Positions 36,706 through 45,757 of a DNA stretch of 64,000 bases are shown piece by piece. Position 1 is the first letter of the stretch. Each line of letters starts with the position of its first letter. A program made the translations under genes and the position numbers. The notes below the pieces were generated by a model. The model was not told the origin of the DNA. It ran no database searches and saw only the letters and a list, made by a program, of their open reading frames with translations. This stretch comes from Thermoplasmata archaeon (GTDB taxonomy: Archaea > Thermoplasmatota > Thermoplasmata > Lutacidiplasmatales > UBA184): positions 83,490-147,489 of the forward strand of contig JAKIWI010000001.1 in assembly GCA_022750115.1 (NCBI GenBank), read 5' to 3'.

Positions 36706-37724
36706 GGTCGCTCGGGGCCGTCGTCGCCCGAGCCGAGGCGGAGCGGGTCCGCCGCGCGCTCTCGGATTCCGGGGTGCTCCGGGGGGAGCTGGTGGTCGCC
36801 CGAGACGGCGACGAGGTGATTTTCCCGGTCTCCGGGCCGCCGATCGACCCGGTCCCCGGCGCCCGGTTCGAGGAGCGAGAATTCGTCGAGCGGACGCCGG
36901 CAGCCCCGTCGTCCTACCGGGATCTCGCCCAGGTTCCCGAAGAGCTGCGCGACTCTCTGCCGCGGTCGTTCGACGTCATCGGCGACATCGTGCTCGTTCG
37001 GATCCCCGACGAACTGCTTCCCCACTCGGTCGCCATCGGGGCCGCGCTGCTCGAGTTCGTCCCCGGAGCCCGCTTGGTCGGGCGCGACGGCGGGGTCCAC
37101 GGCGAATCGCGGCTCCGTCAGCTCGAACGGCTCGCCGGCTCCGGAGGATGGACGACGGTCCACCGGGAGAACGGCGTGCACTTGGAGACCGACCTCGAGC
37201 GCGCGTACTTTTCACCGCGGCTCGCGCGCGAACACGCCCGGGTCGCCGAGGAGGTGCGCTCCGGCGAGCGGGTCATCGACTTCGCGTGCGGGATCGCACC
37301 GTTCGGTGCCCACATCGTCCGCGACGGCCGGGCGCGCGAACTCGTCGCCGTCGACTCCAACCCGGCCGCCACGGAGCTCGCGCAGCGCAACCTCGCCAGC
37401 GCGGGTCCGGCCCGGCCGTGGCGGGTCCTGACCGACTCGATCGAGCGGTTCGCGCCCGTCGCAGGGACGTGCGAACGCGCGATCCTGAATCTCCCTCACG
37501 GAGGGGTTAAGTATCTACCCTCGGTCGGAGCGACGTTGGAGCGCGAGGGCACGCTCCACTACTACGAACGGACGGAGCGTTCGAGGCTCCGGAACCGTCC
37601 AGGGGAGCTCGTGCAGACCGTAGGGACGATCGTCCCGGGGACGTGGTCGGTGCCCGAGGTCCACGTGGTCCACCCCTACTCTCCGACCGAGGACATCGTC
37701 GCGTACCGGATCGTTCGAGGGTAG
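36702..37724 (+). CDS. trm5: Trm5/Met-10+ family tRNA methyltransferase
   Basis: SFDVIGDI, HRENG, YFSPRL..E..RV, DFACGIAPF and LNLP motifs. ATGA overlap with apgM. Confidence 0.82.
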   Translation: MRSLGAVVARAEAERVRRALSDSGVLRGELVVARDGDEVIFPVSGPPIDPVPGARFEEREFVERTPAAPSSYRDLAQVPEELRDSLPRSFDVIGDIVLVRIPDELLPHSVAIGAALLEFVPGARLVGRDGGVHGESRLRQLERLAGSGGWTTVHRENGVHLETDLERAYFSPRLAREHARVAEEVRSGERVIDFACGIAPFGAHIVRDGRARELVAVDSNPAATELAQRNLASAGPARPWRVLTDSIERFAPVAGTCERAILNLPHGGVKYLPSVGATLEREGTLHYYERTERSRLRNRPGELVQTVGTIVPGTWSVPEVHVVHPYSPTEDIVAYRIVRG

Positions 37725-37731
37725 GAGGACA

Positions 37732-40101
37732 ATGCCGCTCGTCGTGAACCTCGCCGACGTCTCCGACTCGGACCTCCCGCTCGTCGGCGGAAAGGCGAGC
37801 AAACTCGGCGAGGTCGTCCGGCAGGGGCTCCCAGTCCCCCCCGGGATCATCGTCACGACCGAGGCGTACCAGTCGTTCGTCGACCAGACTCCCGTGAAGG
37901 CGGAGCTCGCCGCCGCGCTGGCGACGATCGAACCGTCGCGCCCGGAGACGATCGAGGCGGCGTCGCGCCGGATCCGGGAATCGTTCGAGTCGACGCCATT
38001 CCCCCCGGACCTCCGGACCGCGATCGTCGCGAGCTTCGAGCGGTTCTCGGCGGACGAGGGCGTCCGGTTCGTCGCGGTCCGTTCGTCGGCCACGGCCGAG
38101 GACCTCGAAGGAGCGTCGTTCGCGGGTCTCCAGGAGACGTACCTCAACGTGCGGGGCACCGAAGCGGTGCTTGACGGGATCCGGCGCTGCTGGGGCTCGT
38201 TGTTCACGCCGCGGGTACTCGTTTACCGGGCGCGCAAGGGGTTCGACCACTCCGACGTGCGGCTCGCGGTCCTCATCCAGAAGATGGTCGACTCGGTCGT
38301 CAGCGGCATCCTGTTCACCCGCGACCCGAACACCGGGGAGAACCACATGATCATCGAGGCCGGGCTCGGCCTCGGAGAAGCGATCGTCGGGGGCGAGGTG
38401 ACCCCCGACCACTACGTCGTCGACGGCGCCTCGCACCGGATCGTCCACAAGCAGCTGAGCGAGCAGGCGTTCATGCTGGTCCGCAACGAGGAAGGGGGGA
38501 ACAAACGGGTCGACCTCCCGGAGGCGGACCGCCGCAAGCAGAAGCTCTCGGACGAGAAGATCCACCGGCTCGCGTCCCTCGCGCGCGTCATCGAATCTCA
38601 CTACCGCCGCCCGATGGACGTCGAGTGGTGCGCCGACGACCGGTCGATCTACGTCGTCCAGGCCCGGCCTGTCACGACGATCCCGCCGGCGAACGCTCCG
38701 GCCGCCGACGGCCGCGATGAGCGGGCGATGCCCCACACCACGGGCGCCCCCGCTTCGTCCAGCCCACCCTCGGAGCCGATCGTCCGCGGGTTCGGGGCGA
38801 GCCCCGGCGTCGCGGGCGGTACCGCACGGCTGCTTCGCACGTCGGCGGAGATGGACCACCTGAAGGCCGGCGAGGTGCTCGTCACGACGATGACGACGCC
38901 GGACATGGTTCCGGCGATGGCGCAGGCCGCCGCGATCGTCACCGACGAGGGCGGGATGACGTGCCATGCCGCGATCGTCTCGCGGGAGCTTGGCGTGCCC
39001 TGCGTCGTCGGGACGCGAGATGCGACGAAGCTCATCGCCGACGGCGAGCATATCAGCGTCGACGGAAAGACCGGCTCGGTCTACCGGGGCCTCGCGTTCG
39101 CGAAGGCCGCCGCGGCGGCCGCTCCGGCGGCTTCGTCGGGGTCGTCGGGAGGAGGAGACGGCGGCCACGGACACGTCCCGGTCACCGCGACCCGGATCTA
39201 CGTCAACGTCGGCGTGCCGGAGAAGGCCGCCGAGTACGCCCGACTCCCGGTGCAGGGCGTCGGCCTGATGCGAATCGAGTTCATCTTCACCGCCCACGTC
39301 CGTGACCACCCACTCGCGCTGCTGAAGCAGGGGAAGCACGACCAATTGGTCGAGCGCCTCGTCGAGGGGATCGCGAAGGTCTGCCAGGCGTTCCACCCGC
39401 GCCCGGTCATCATCCGGACGTCCGACTTCAAGACGAACGAGTACCGCGGCATGCCGGGCGGCGAGGAGTTCGAGCCGCACGAGGAGAACCCGATGATCGG
39501 CTGGCGGGGCTGCTCGCGCTACATCTCCCCGATCTACAAGCCCGCCTTCCTCTGCGAGCTCGAGGCGATCGAGAAGGTCCGCTCCCAGAAGGGCCTGAAG
39601 AACGCGATGGTCATGCTGCCGTTCGTTCGCAACACTTGGGAGCTCGAGGAGATCGCCGGGATGATGCGGGACAAGGGTCTCCGAAGGTCGCGGGACTTCC
39701 AGCTGTACCTGATGGCCGAGGTTCCTTCGACGGTCCTCCTCGCGCGCGAGTTCTCCGCCCACTGCGACGGCTTCTCGATCGGGTCGAACGACCTCACGCA
39801 GCTCGTCCTCGGCGCCGACCGCGACTCCGAGACCCTCGGGCGCATGGGGTATTTCGACGAGCGCGACCCCGCCGTCAAGCGGGCCATCGAGATGCTGATC
39901 GACGGCGCCCACGCCGAGGGGCGGACGGTCGGGATCTGCGGCCAAGGTCCCAGCGTCTACCCCGAGTTCGCCGAGTTCCTCGTCCGGCGCGGCATCGACT
40001 CGATCAGCCTGAACGCCGACACGGTTGTGCCGACGATCCGCACGATCGCCTCCCTCGAGCAACGCCTGAAGCTCGACGGGGTCCGACGCGGCGCGGCCTG
40101 A
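37732..40101 (+). CDS. ppsA: Phosphoenolpyruvate synthase
   Basis: VGGK, AVRSSATAED..ASFAG, GGMTCHAAIVSRELG (phospho-His), EENPMIGWRG and FSIGSNDLTQ motifs. Confidence 0.97.
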   Translation: MPLVVNLADVSDSDLPLVGGKASKLGEVVRQGLPVPPGIIVTTEAYQSFVDQTPVKAELAAALATIEPSRPETIEAASRRIRESFESTPFPPDLRTAIVASFERFSADEGVRFVAVRSSATAEDLEGASFAGLQETYLNVRGTEAVLDGIRRCWGSLFTPRVLVYRARKGFDHSDVRLAVLIQKMVDSVVSGILFTRDPNTGENHMIIEAGLGLGEAIVGGEVTPDHYVVDGASHRIVHKQLSEQAFMLVRNEEGGNKRVDLPEADRRKQKLSDEKIHRLASLARVIESHYRRPMDVEWCADDRSIYVVQARPVTTIPPANAPAADGRDERAMPHTTGAPASSSPPSEPIVRGFGASPGVAGGTARLLRTSAEMDHLKAGEVLVTTMTTPDMVPAMAQAAAIVTDEGGMTCHAAIVSRELGVPCVVGTRDATKLIADGEHISVDGKTGSVYRGLAFAKAAAAAAPAASSGSSGGGDGGHGHVPVTATRIYVNVGVPEKAAEYARLPVQGVGLMRIEFIFTAHVRDHPLALLKQGKHDQLVERLVEGIAKVCQAFHPRPVIIRTSDFKTNEYRGMPGGEEFEPHEENPMIGWRGCSRYISPIYKPAFLCELEAIEKVRSQKGLKNAMVMLPFVRNTWELEEIAGMMRDKGLRRSRDFQLYLMAEVPSTVLLAREFSAHCDGFSIGSNDLTQLVLGADRDSETLGRMGYFDERDPAVKRAIEMLIDGAHAEGRTVGICGQGPSVYPEFAEFLVRRGIDSISLNADTVVPTIRTIASLEQRLKLDGVRRGAA

Positions 40102-40177
40102 ACGACGCCCAACTTCGCGCGATCCCCTTCGGGATCGATCCTGCCGCCCTCCCGGAGGCGTCCTCGGCCTGCGGATA

Positions 40178-41038
40178 TTACGGAGTGCCGGGGGACGGAG
40201 CCCGCGGCGGGCGCCACCGCGCCGGTTGGGCCGGGCCAGGGTCCGGCATCGTCAGCTGGGCGTCGGCAGCGAGCTCGTACTCGACGTACCGCCGAAGAGG
40301 AACGAATCCCGACCGAGTCAACTGGGACTCGAGCGAGACCCGGTCGGACGCCACGACGACCGCCCCCATCTCCTGGGTCTCCGGGAGGCGGAGGGCGAGA
40401 CTGAGGAGGGACGACAGGACGCCCGCGGCGTGGGACCCCGGCCGGGCGGCGAGGCCGTGCAGCGAGGCGACCGCGTCCCGGACCAGAACGACGATGCTGC
40501 CGACCGACTCCCCCTCACTCTCCGCGAGGAGCGGGATCAGCCGTTCCTCAGGAGTTGGGCGGGACCAGGCGACCTCCAAGGCCCGACGAAGTTCCGCGCG
40601 ATGGGGGCCGTCCGTCCAGAATCCCAACACCAGGTCCAACTCCTCGGGCTCGGCTCGCCGGACCTCGATACCGGACGCCGGTTCCTCTCCCGAACGCGGT
40701 CGGCTCCAGAGGAGGGTATGGGGCTCGGGGCGCGGATGGAACGCCAATCCACGCACCGTCTTGTCAACGTACTCGGGAACCGGCCAGGCAACGCGGATGG
40801 AGGGGCGGAGCGCCCGTTGGAAGTAATGGTCGAGCGCGCGCTCGAAGATCGCGGTCTGGCGGTCCGCGCCGACACGACCGACGGAGATGAAGTTGAACCG
40901 GGGAACCGGGATCCGCTCGTGCGTGACCAGCGACGCGCCCGAGATCTCGAGCGAGTAGCCGCCGGTCGCGAGAACGAACGCCCGTTCGGTGCCGACCGCA
41001 CGGTCCCTGAGCGTGTCGAGCGGCGGCTCACCGTCCAC
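40178..41038 (-). CDS. Hypothetical protein with a GNAT-like C-terminal fold
   Basis: IEVRRA..EEL, LLAESEGESVG, LHGLAARP and GF pattern; acetyl-CoA motif A is weak. Confidence 0.55.
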   Translation of the reverse strand: MDGEPPLDTLRDRAVGTERAFVLATGGYSLEISGASLVTHERIPVPRFNFISVGRVGADRQTAIFERALDHYFQRALRPSIRVAWPVPEYVDKTVRGLAFHPRPEPHTLLWSRPRSGEEPASGIEVRRAEPEELDLVLGFWTDGPHRAELRRALEVAWSRPTPEERLIPLLAESEGESVGSIVVLVRDAVASLHGLAARPGSHAAGVLSSLLSLALRLPETQEMGAVVVASDRVSLESQLTRSGFVPLRRYVEYELAADAQLTMPDPGPAQPARWRPPRAPSPGTP

Positions 41039-41269
41039 GTGCGGGCGGAGGCCTTAGGGTATTATTCGCGTCCCCCCACACCGGGCCGTGCCGCGAGGGG
41101 GGTGAGCCGCACGACGTTGCCGCCTCCGCGGCGATCGCCTGGTTGGCGGGGTCGTTGGCTCTCGGCTATGAGTTCACGCTGGCCAGTCGGCCGCCCGACG
41201 AACGATTAATACCAAGGGTCGACTCCCGCGGCTCTCGGGGGCAGATCGCCCCCAAGTTGAGGGGCATCG

Positions 41270-43177
41270 ATGGGGAAGGTCGGAATCGTTCCGCCCGCGA
41301 TCGTCGCCGTCCTCGGCGCGGGCAACATGGGGAGCGGCATCGCGCAGGCGTGCGCGCAGGCCGGCTACCGGGTCCGCCTGCGCGACCTCAACGATGCGAT
41401 GCTCGCGCGCGGCCGCTCGCTGATCGAGAAGACCCTCGATGGCGCGATCCAGCGCAAGAAGTCCACCCCGGCGAAGAAGGCCGAGGTGCTGGCGCGCATC
41501 GAGTTCACGACCGACGTCGCCACCGCGGTGAAGGGCGCCGCCCTCGTCGTCGAGGCGGTGTTCGAGGAGGAGGCGGTCAAGCGCGCACTGTTTGCCGAGG
41601 TCGCCCCGCACGTCGACGCGACCGCGATCGTGGCCACGAACACCTCCTCGCTGTCCGTCACGCGCCTCGCGGAGGGATTCCCGGACCCGAGCCGTTTCGC
41701 CGGCCTCCACTTCTTTTTCCCGGCCGCCGTGAACAAGCTCCTCGAGGTGATCGGCGGCGCCGACACGAGCGAGGAGACGCTTCAGAACCTCGAGCGGTTC
41801 GCCTACCGGATCAAGAAGGTCCCGATCCGCGTGAAGGACGCGGCGGGGTTCGCCGTCAACCGCTACTTCGTTCCGTACCTCAACGAGGCCGCTCGCATGG
41901 CCGGCGACGGCGTTGCCTCGCTCGCCACGATCGAAGAGGTCGGCCGGGAGGTGTTCGGGACAACGCTCGGCCCGTTCGAGCTGATGAACGTCACCGGGAT
42001 CCCGATCGCCCACCACTCGATGGGCTCGCTGGAAGCGGCGTTCGGCCGCGCCTACTCGGCCTCCCCCGGCCTCGTCCAGCAGTTCGAGAAGGGCCAGCCG
42101 TGGCCCTGGAAGGACACGGTCGTCGAGCCCGACAAGAAGGGCATCGTCCGCGACCGGTTCCTGGGCCTAGTCCTGGGGATCGCTACCCGGCTCGTCGAAG
42201 AGGGCGTCGCGACGCCCGAGGCAACCGACCGCGGCGCAGTCGTCGGGCTGCGATGGAAGCGGGGCCCCTTCGCGATCCTCAACGAGATGGGACTGCGGCC
42301 GGCGGTCGTCACCGTCGAGGTGTACGCGGCCCAATGGGGGGACGCGTTCCCCGTCTCGCGGGACCTCACCGACCGCGCTCAGCGCGGGGAAAAGTCATGG
42401 ACGTTACGGCTCGTCCGGATCGAGCGGAATGGTCCAGTGGCCTGGGTACTCCTGGACAGGCCCGAGGCGTTGAACTCGCTCAACTCGACCGTCCTCGGGC
42501 AGCTCGACGCCGCGTTCCTCGAGCTCGAGGGCGACCGGGAGATTCGCTGCGTGGTCCTCGCGGGCGCGTCGCCGGTGTTCGCGGCCGGCGCCGACATCGC
42601 AGAGATGGCGAAGAAGGACCTCGCCGACGGCCGCGCGTTCGGCTTCGTCGGTCAGGCCGTCTGCAAACGGATCGAGGAGTTCCGAGCACCCGTCATCGCC
42701 CTCGTCGAAGGATACGCCCTCGGCGGGGGGCTCGAGATCGCGCTCTCGGCGGACTTTATCGTCGCGGCGGACGGGGCGCAGCTCGGGCTCCCGGAGACGA
42801 CCGTCGGGATCCACCCGGGGTTTGGCGGCGCGAGCCGGCTCACCCGCCTGATCGGTCGTGCCCGCACGAAGCTCCTCATCTTCACCGGCGTGCCCGTGAG
42901 CGCCGAAGAGGCGGCCCGGCTCGGGTTCGTCGTACGCGTCTACCCGGCCGACCGGGCTCGGGAGGAGGTGGCCGCGCTCGCGGCGACGATCGCGGAGCGC
43001 GCGCCGCTCGCGATCTCGTGGGCCAAGGCGGTCGTGAATCGCGGCGAGGACTCGACTCTCGATGCCGCGCTCCGCCTCGAGGGCGAGTCGGCCGGCCACA
43101 CCTTCGGGACGTCCGACCGGACCGAGGGGATGAACGCGTTCCTCGAACGACGCAAGCCCAAGTTCGAGGGGCGTTAG
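41270..43177 (+). CDS. 3-hydroxyacyl-CoA dehydrogenase / enoyl-CoA hydratase fusion (archaeal domain order)
   Basis: GAGNMGSGIA, EAVFE, ATNTSS and GLHFF motifs, then FAAGADI, GGGLE and LGLPE. Confidence 0.93.
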   Translation: MGKVGIVPPAIVAVLGAGNMGSGIAQACAQAGYRVRLRDLNDAMLARGRSLIEKTLDGAIQRKKSTPAKKAEVLARIEFTTDVATAVKGAALVVEAVFEEEAVKRALFAEVAPHVDATAIVATNTSSLSVTRLAEGFPDPSRFAGLHFFFPAAVNKLLEVIGGADTSEETLQNLERFAYRIKKVPIRVKDAAGFAVNRYFVPYLNEAARMAGDGVASLATIEEVGREVFGTTLGPFELMNVTGIPIAHHSMGSLEAAFGRAYSASPGLVQQFEKGQPWPWKDTVVEPDKKGIVRDRFLGLVLGIATRLVEEGVATPEATDRGAVVGLRWKRGPFAILNEMGLRPAVVTVEVYAAQWGDAFPVSRDLTDRAQRGEKSWTLRLVRIERNGPVAWVLLDRPEALNSLNSTVLGQLDAAFLELEGDREIRCVVLAGASPVFAAGADIAEMAKKDLADGRAFGFVGQAVCKRIEEFRAPVIALVEGYALGGGLEIALSADFIVAADGAQLGLPETTVGIHPGFGGASRLTRLIGRARTKLLIFTGVPVSAEEAARLGFVVRVYPADRAREEVAALAATIAERAPLAISWAKAVVNRGEDSTLDAALRLEGESAGHTFGTSDRTEGMNAFLERRKPKFEGR

Positions 43178-44328
43178 CTCCGCTTCCCAGCCGCGCTCCG
43201 CGGCCAGAGGTGGGCGGCGGCGACCCGCGACAAGACCTCGCTCGGGCCATGCGCGATCGCGCCGCTGCGGACGTCGCGGAACCGTCGCTCGTGGGGGAGT
43301 CCCCCCGAGTATCCACGGCCGCCGTGGAACTGGATCGCATGGTCGATCGCGCGCAACGCGACCTCGACTGCCATGTTCTTCGCGAGCGCTGCCTCGGCCG
43401 CGACGTCTTCGCCGACCTCGAGCCGGGCCAGTCCGCGCTCGACGTAGAGCCACGTCGAGTCGAGACGCGCCCAATCGTCGGCGAGCGGAAACGAAACGGA
43501 CTGCTGGGCCGAGAGCGGGCGACCGAACGCCTCGCGCTCGCCGACGTGGTCGACGGTTTCCTCGAAGGAGGCCCGGCCGACCCCGAGGTAGATCGCCGCG
43601 AGGAGCAGACGCTCGCGCGTCAGCTCACCCTTCAGCGCCTCGAACGCCCCGCCCTCCGGACCGAGTCGGGCCGAGGCGGGCAGGTGGACCGACGTGTAGC
43701 GGACCGTGCCACGTCGCATCCAACGCTCCCCGAGGTCTGGGGGAGCGACCGACCGCTCGATGCCGTCGAGGTCTTGTGGGACCAAGAACGCGGACACTTG
43801 CGGACCGTCGGTCTTCGCGTACACGATCGCCTCGTCGGCGTCGGCCGCGAAGGCCGCCTCGGACTTGGTTCCGTCGAGGACGAAGCCGTCTCCTTCGGCT
43901 CGGGCCGTCGCCGACAGGGCGGCGGCGTCGGAGCCCGCCGACGGCTCGGTGATGTGATTGCCGACGAGCCGGCGACCCTCGGTGAGGGGACGGAACGATC
44001 GCTCGCGCTGCTCGGCCGACCCAAATTCGGCAAGAAGTTGGCAGAACTCCGGCTGCAGGGAGAGCTTCGCGAACGTCGTCCCGCTCCGATAGGCGACTGC
44101 ATGGAGGCCGACGGCGGCATCGAGCAGGGGGAGGCCCCGGCCCCCGAGGGCCACTGGCGTTCGGAGAGCGAGCATGTGACGCTCGCCGAGCGCACGGAAC
44201 TCTTCGCGGGGAAACCGGGGGCTTCGGTCGAGCTCGACCGCCTGCTCCGCCAGATGAAGCTCCGCGACCGCCGCCTCCACCTCGTCGACGATGGGCCGGC
44301 GCGGCACCGCGGAAGATGGACGTGCCAT
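43174..44328 (-). CDS. Acyl-CoA dehydrogenase
   Basis: ITEPSAGSDA, REAFGRPL, AIQFHGGRGY and ERRFRD motifs. ATG at 44328. Confidence 0.92.
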   Translation of the reverse strand: MARPSSAVPRRPIVDEVEAAVAELHLAEQAVELDRSPRFPREEFRALGERHMLALRTPVALGGRGLPLLDAAVGLHAVAYRSGTTFAKLSLQPEFCQLLAEFGSAEQRERSFRPLTEGRRLVGNHITEPSAGSDAAALSATARAEGDGFVLDGTKSEAAFAADADEAIVYAKTDGPQVSAFLVPQDLDGIERSVAPPDLGERWMRRGTVRYTSVHLPASARLGPEGGAFEALKGELTRERLLLAAIYLGVGRASFEETVDHVGEREAFGRPLSAQQSVSFPLADDWARLDSTWLYVERGLARLEVGEDVAAEAALAKNMAVEVALRAIDHAIQFHGGRGYSGGLPHERRFRDVRSGAIAHGPSEVLSRVAAAHLWPRSAAGKRS

Positions 44329-44335
44329 CGGACTT

Positions 44336-45631
44336 CTAGGCTCCTTCGGGCGAACGGGCAACCGCTGGCGGGCACTCCCCGATGACGCCGGCAGCTCGCA
44401 GTCGCCCGATCCGGTCCGCGGGGTAGCCGAGGAGCCCCCCGAGGACGGCGTCGTTGTCCTGTCCCAGCCACGGGGCCCCTCGCCAAACCTTTCCCGGCGT
44501 GGCGGAGAATCGAGGCGCGATACCGGCCCCCCGAACTTTGCCCGCGATCGGGTCCATCCACTCGGCGAACATGTCGCGCGCCTTGTAGTGGGGATCTCGC
44601 GCAATTTGTGAAATGTCGAGGACCCGGGCGATGGCGAGATCGTGCTGCCTGGCGAGCGCTTCGAGCTCTTCCCCGCTGCGCGTGCGGCAGAACTCGGCGA
44701 TCGCGCGATCGACCTCCGCGCGGTGCTCGCGTCGGTAGCCCGGATCCTGCCACTCCTTGGGTACGGGCCCCATCACGGAGGCGAGCCGCGTCCAGGCGGA
44801 ATCCGTCGGCGCGGCCACGACGACCCAGCCGTCGCGCGCCGCGTGAACGTCATACGGGTGGAGCCTCGGATGCGCGGTCCCGTGACGTCCGCGTACCACC
44901 CCCCGCGCGAAGTAGTCGAGCGCCAGGTTCTCGAGGAGAATGAAGAACATCTCGTACTGCGCCACGTCGACGGCTTGGCCCTCTCCTGTGCGGGTTGCGT
45001 GGACGTAGGCCATCAGCGCGGCCGTGGCCGCGCCGAGCCCGGTCACGGTGTCGTTCAGGGCTGTGCCGGACCGCATGGGCGGATCCGGGTCGGGTCGCCC
45101 CTGCAGCGATAGGTAGCCGCTGAACGCCTGGCCGATCAGGTCGTAGGACGGGGCGCCGATCCTCTCTGGGTCCCCCGACTGGCCGAACCCCGAGACGTGG
45201 ACGATGACCAATTTGGGATTCGCCTCCCACGCGACGCGATCGCCCAGCCCGAGCCGGTCGTACGTCCCCGGCCGGGACGACTCGATCCAGATGTCCGATC
45301 GAGCGAGCAGGTCGAGGAACGCGCTCCGACCCTCCGGCGTCCGAATGTCGAGTCCGATCGAGAGCTTGTTGCGGGAGTACTGGACCCACGACTCCGAGAC
45401 GCCCGTCGCGGCGTCGGCTCCCGGGGGCAAGAGCGGGAACAGCGTCCGCGTAGGATCCGCGTACGGAGGGGCGAACGGCGGGCCCTCGACGTGGATCACC
45501 TCGGCACCGAACTCCCCCAGGTACGTCGCCGCCCAGGGACCCGCCACGAACCGCGCCGAATCGACGACGCGCACTCCCGCGAGCGGCCCGAACGGCGGCA
45601 CGACCGGCGATGGGGCATCCCGACGTTCCAC
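44336..45631 (-). CDS. Family III CoA-transferase (CaiB/BaiF-like)
   Basis: GPLAGVRVVD, AGP, GAEVIHVE, RNKLSIGLD and SGFGQSG motifs; catalytic Asp in ALND. Confidence 0.93.
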   Translation of the reverse strand: MERRDAPSPVVPPFGPLAGVRVVDSARFVAGPWAATYLGEFGAEVIHVEGPPFAPPYADPTRTLFPLLPPGADAATGVSESWVQYSRNKLSIGLDIRTPEGRSAFLDLLARSDIWIESSRPGTYDRLGLGDRVAWEANPKLVIVHVSGFGQSGDPERIGAPSYDLIGQAFSGYLSLQGRPDPDPPMRSGTALNDTVTGLGAATAALMAYVHATRTGEGQAVDVAQYEMFFILLENLALDYFARGVVRGRHGTAHPRLHPYDVHAARDGWVVVAAPTDSAWTRLASVMGPVPKEWQDPGYRREHRAEVDRAIAEFCRTRSGEELEALARQHDLAIARVLDISQIARDPHYKARDMFAEWMDPIAGKVRGAGIAPRFSATPGKVWRGAPWLGQDNDAVLGGLLGYPADRIGRLRAAGVIGECPPAVARSPEGA

Positions 45632-45757
45632 CGTCGAGATTCGGGTCGTTCGAGATTAACTCGGGAGGTTCACATCATAACCGCCCAAGACCGCGCCTGC
45701 GCGGCGGAGACGTCCGCCCAGAGCGATATCTAGCTCCGAGCGCGTGAGCGATTTCGC

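Noticed and set aside
41143-44385. 1080-aa ORF and many other long overlapping or antisense ORFs (for example 37507-40062, 30104-32434, 60329-62464)
   Set aside because: Arg/Gly/Pro-rich shadow frames expected at high GC; they overlap genes with clear motifs.
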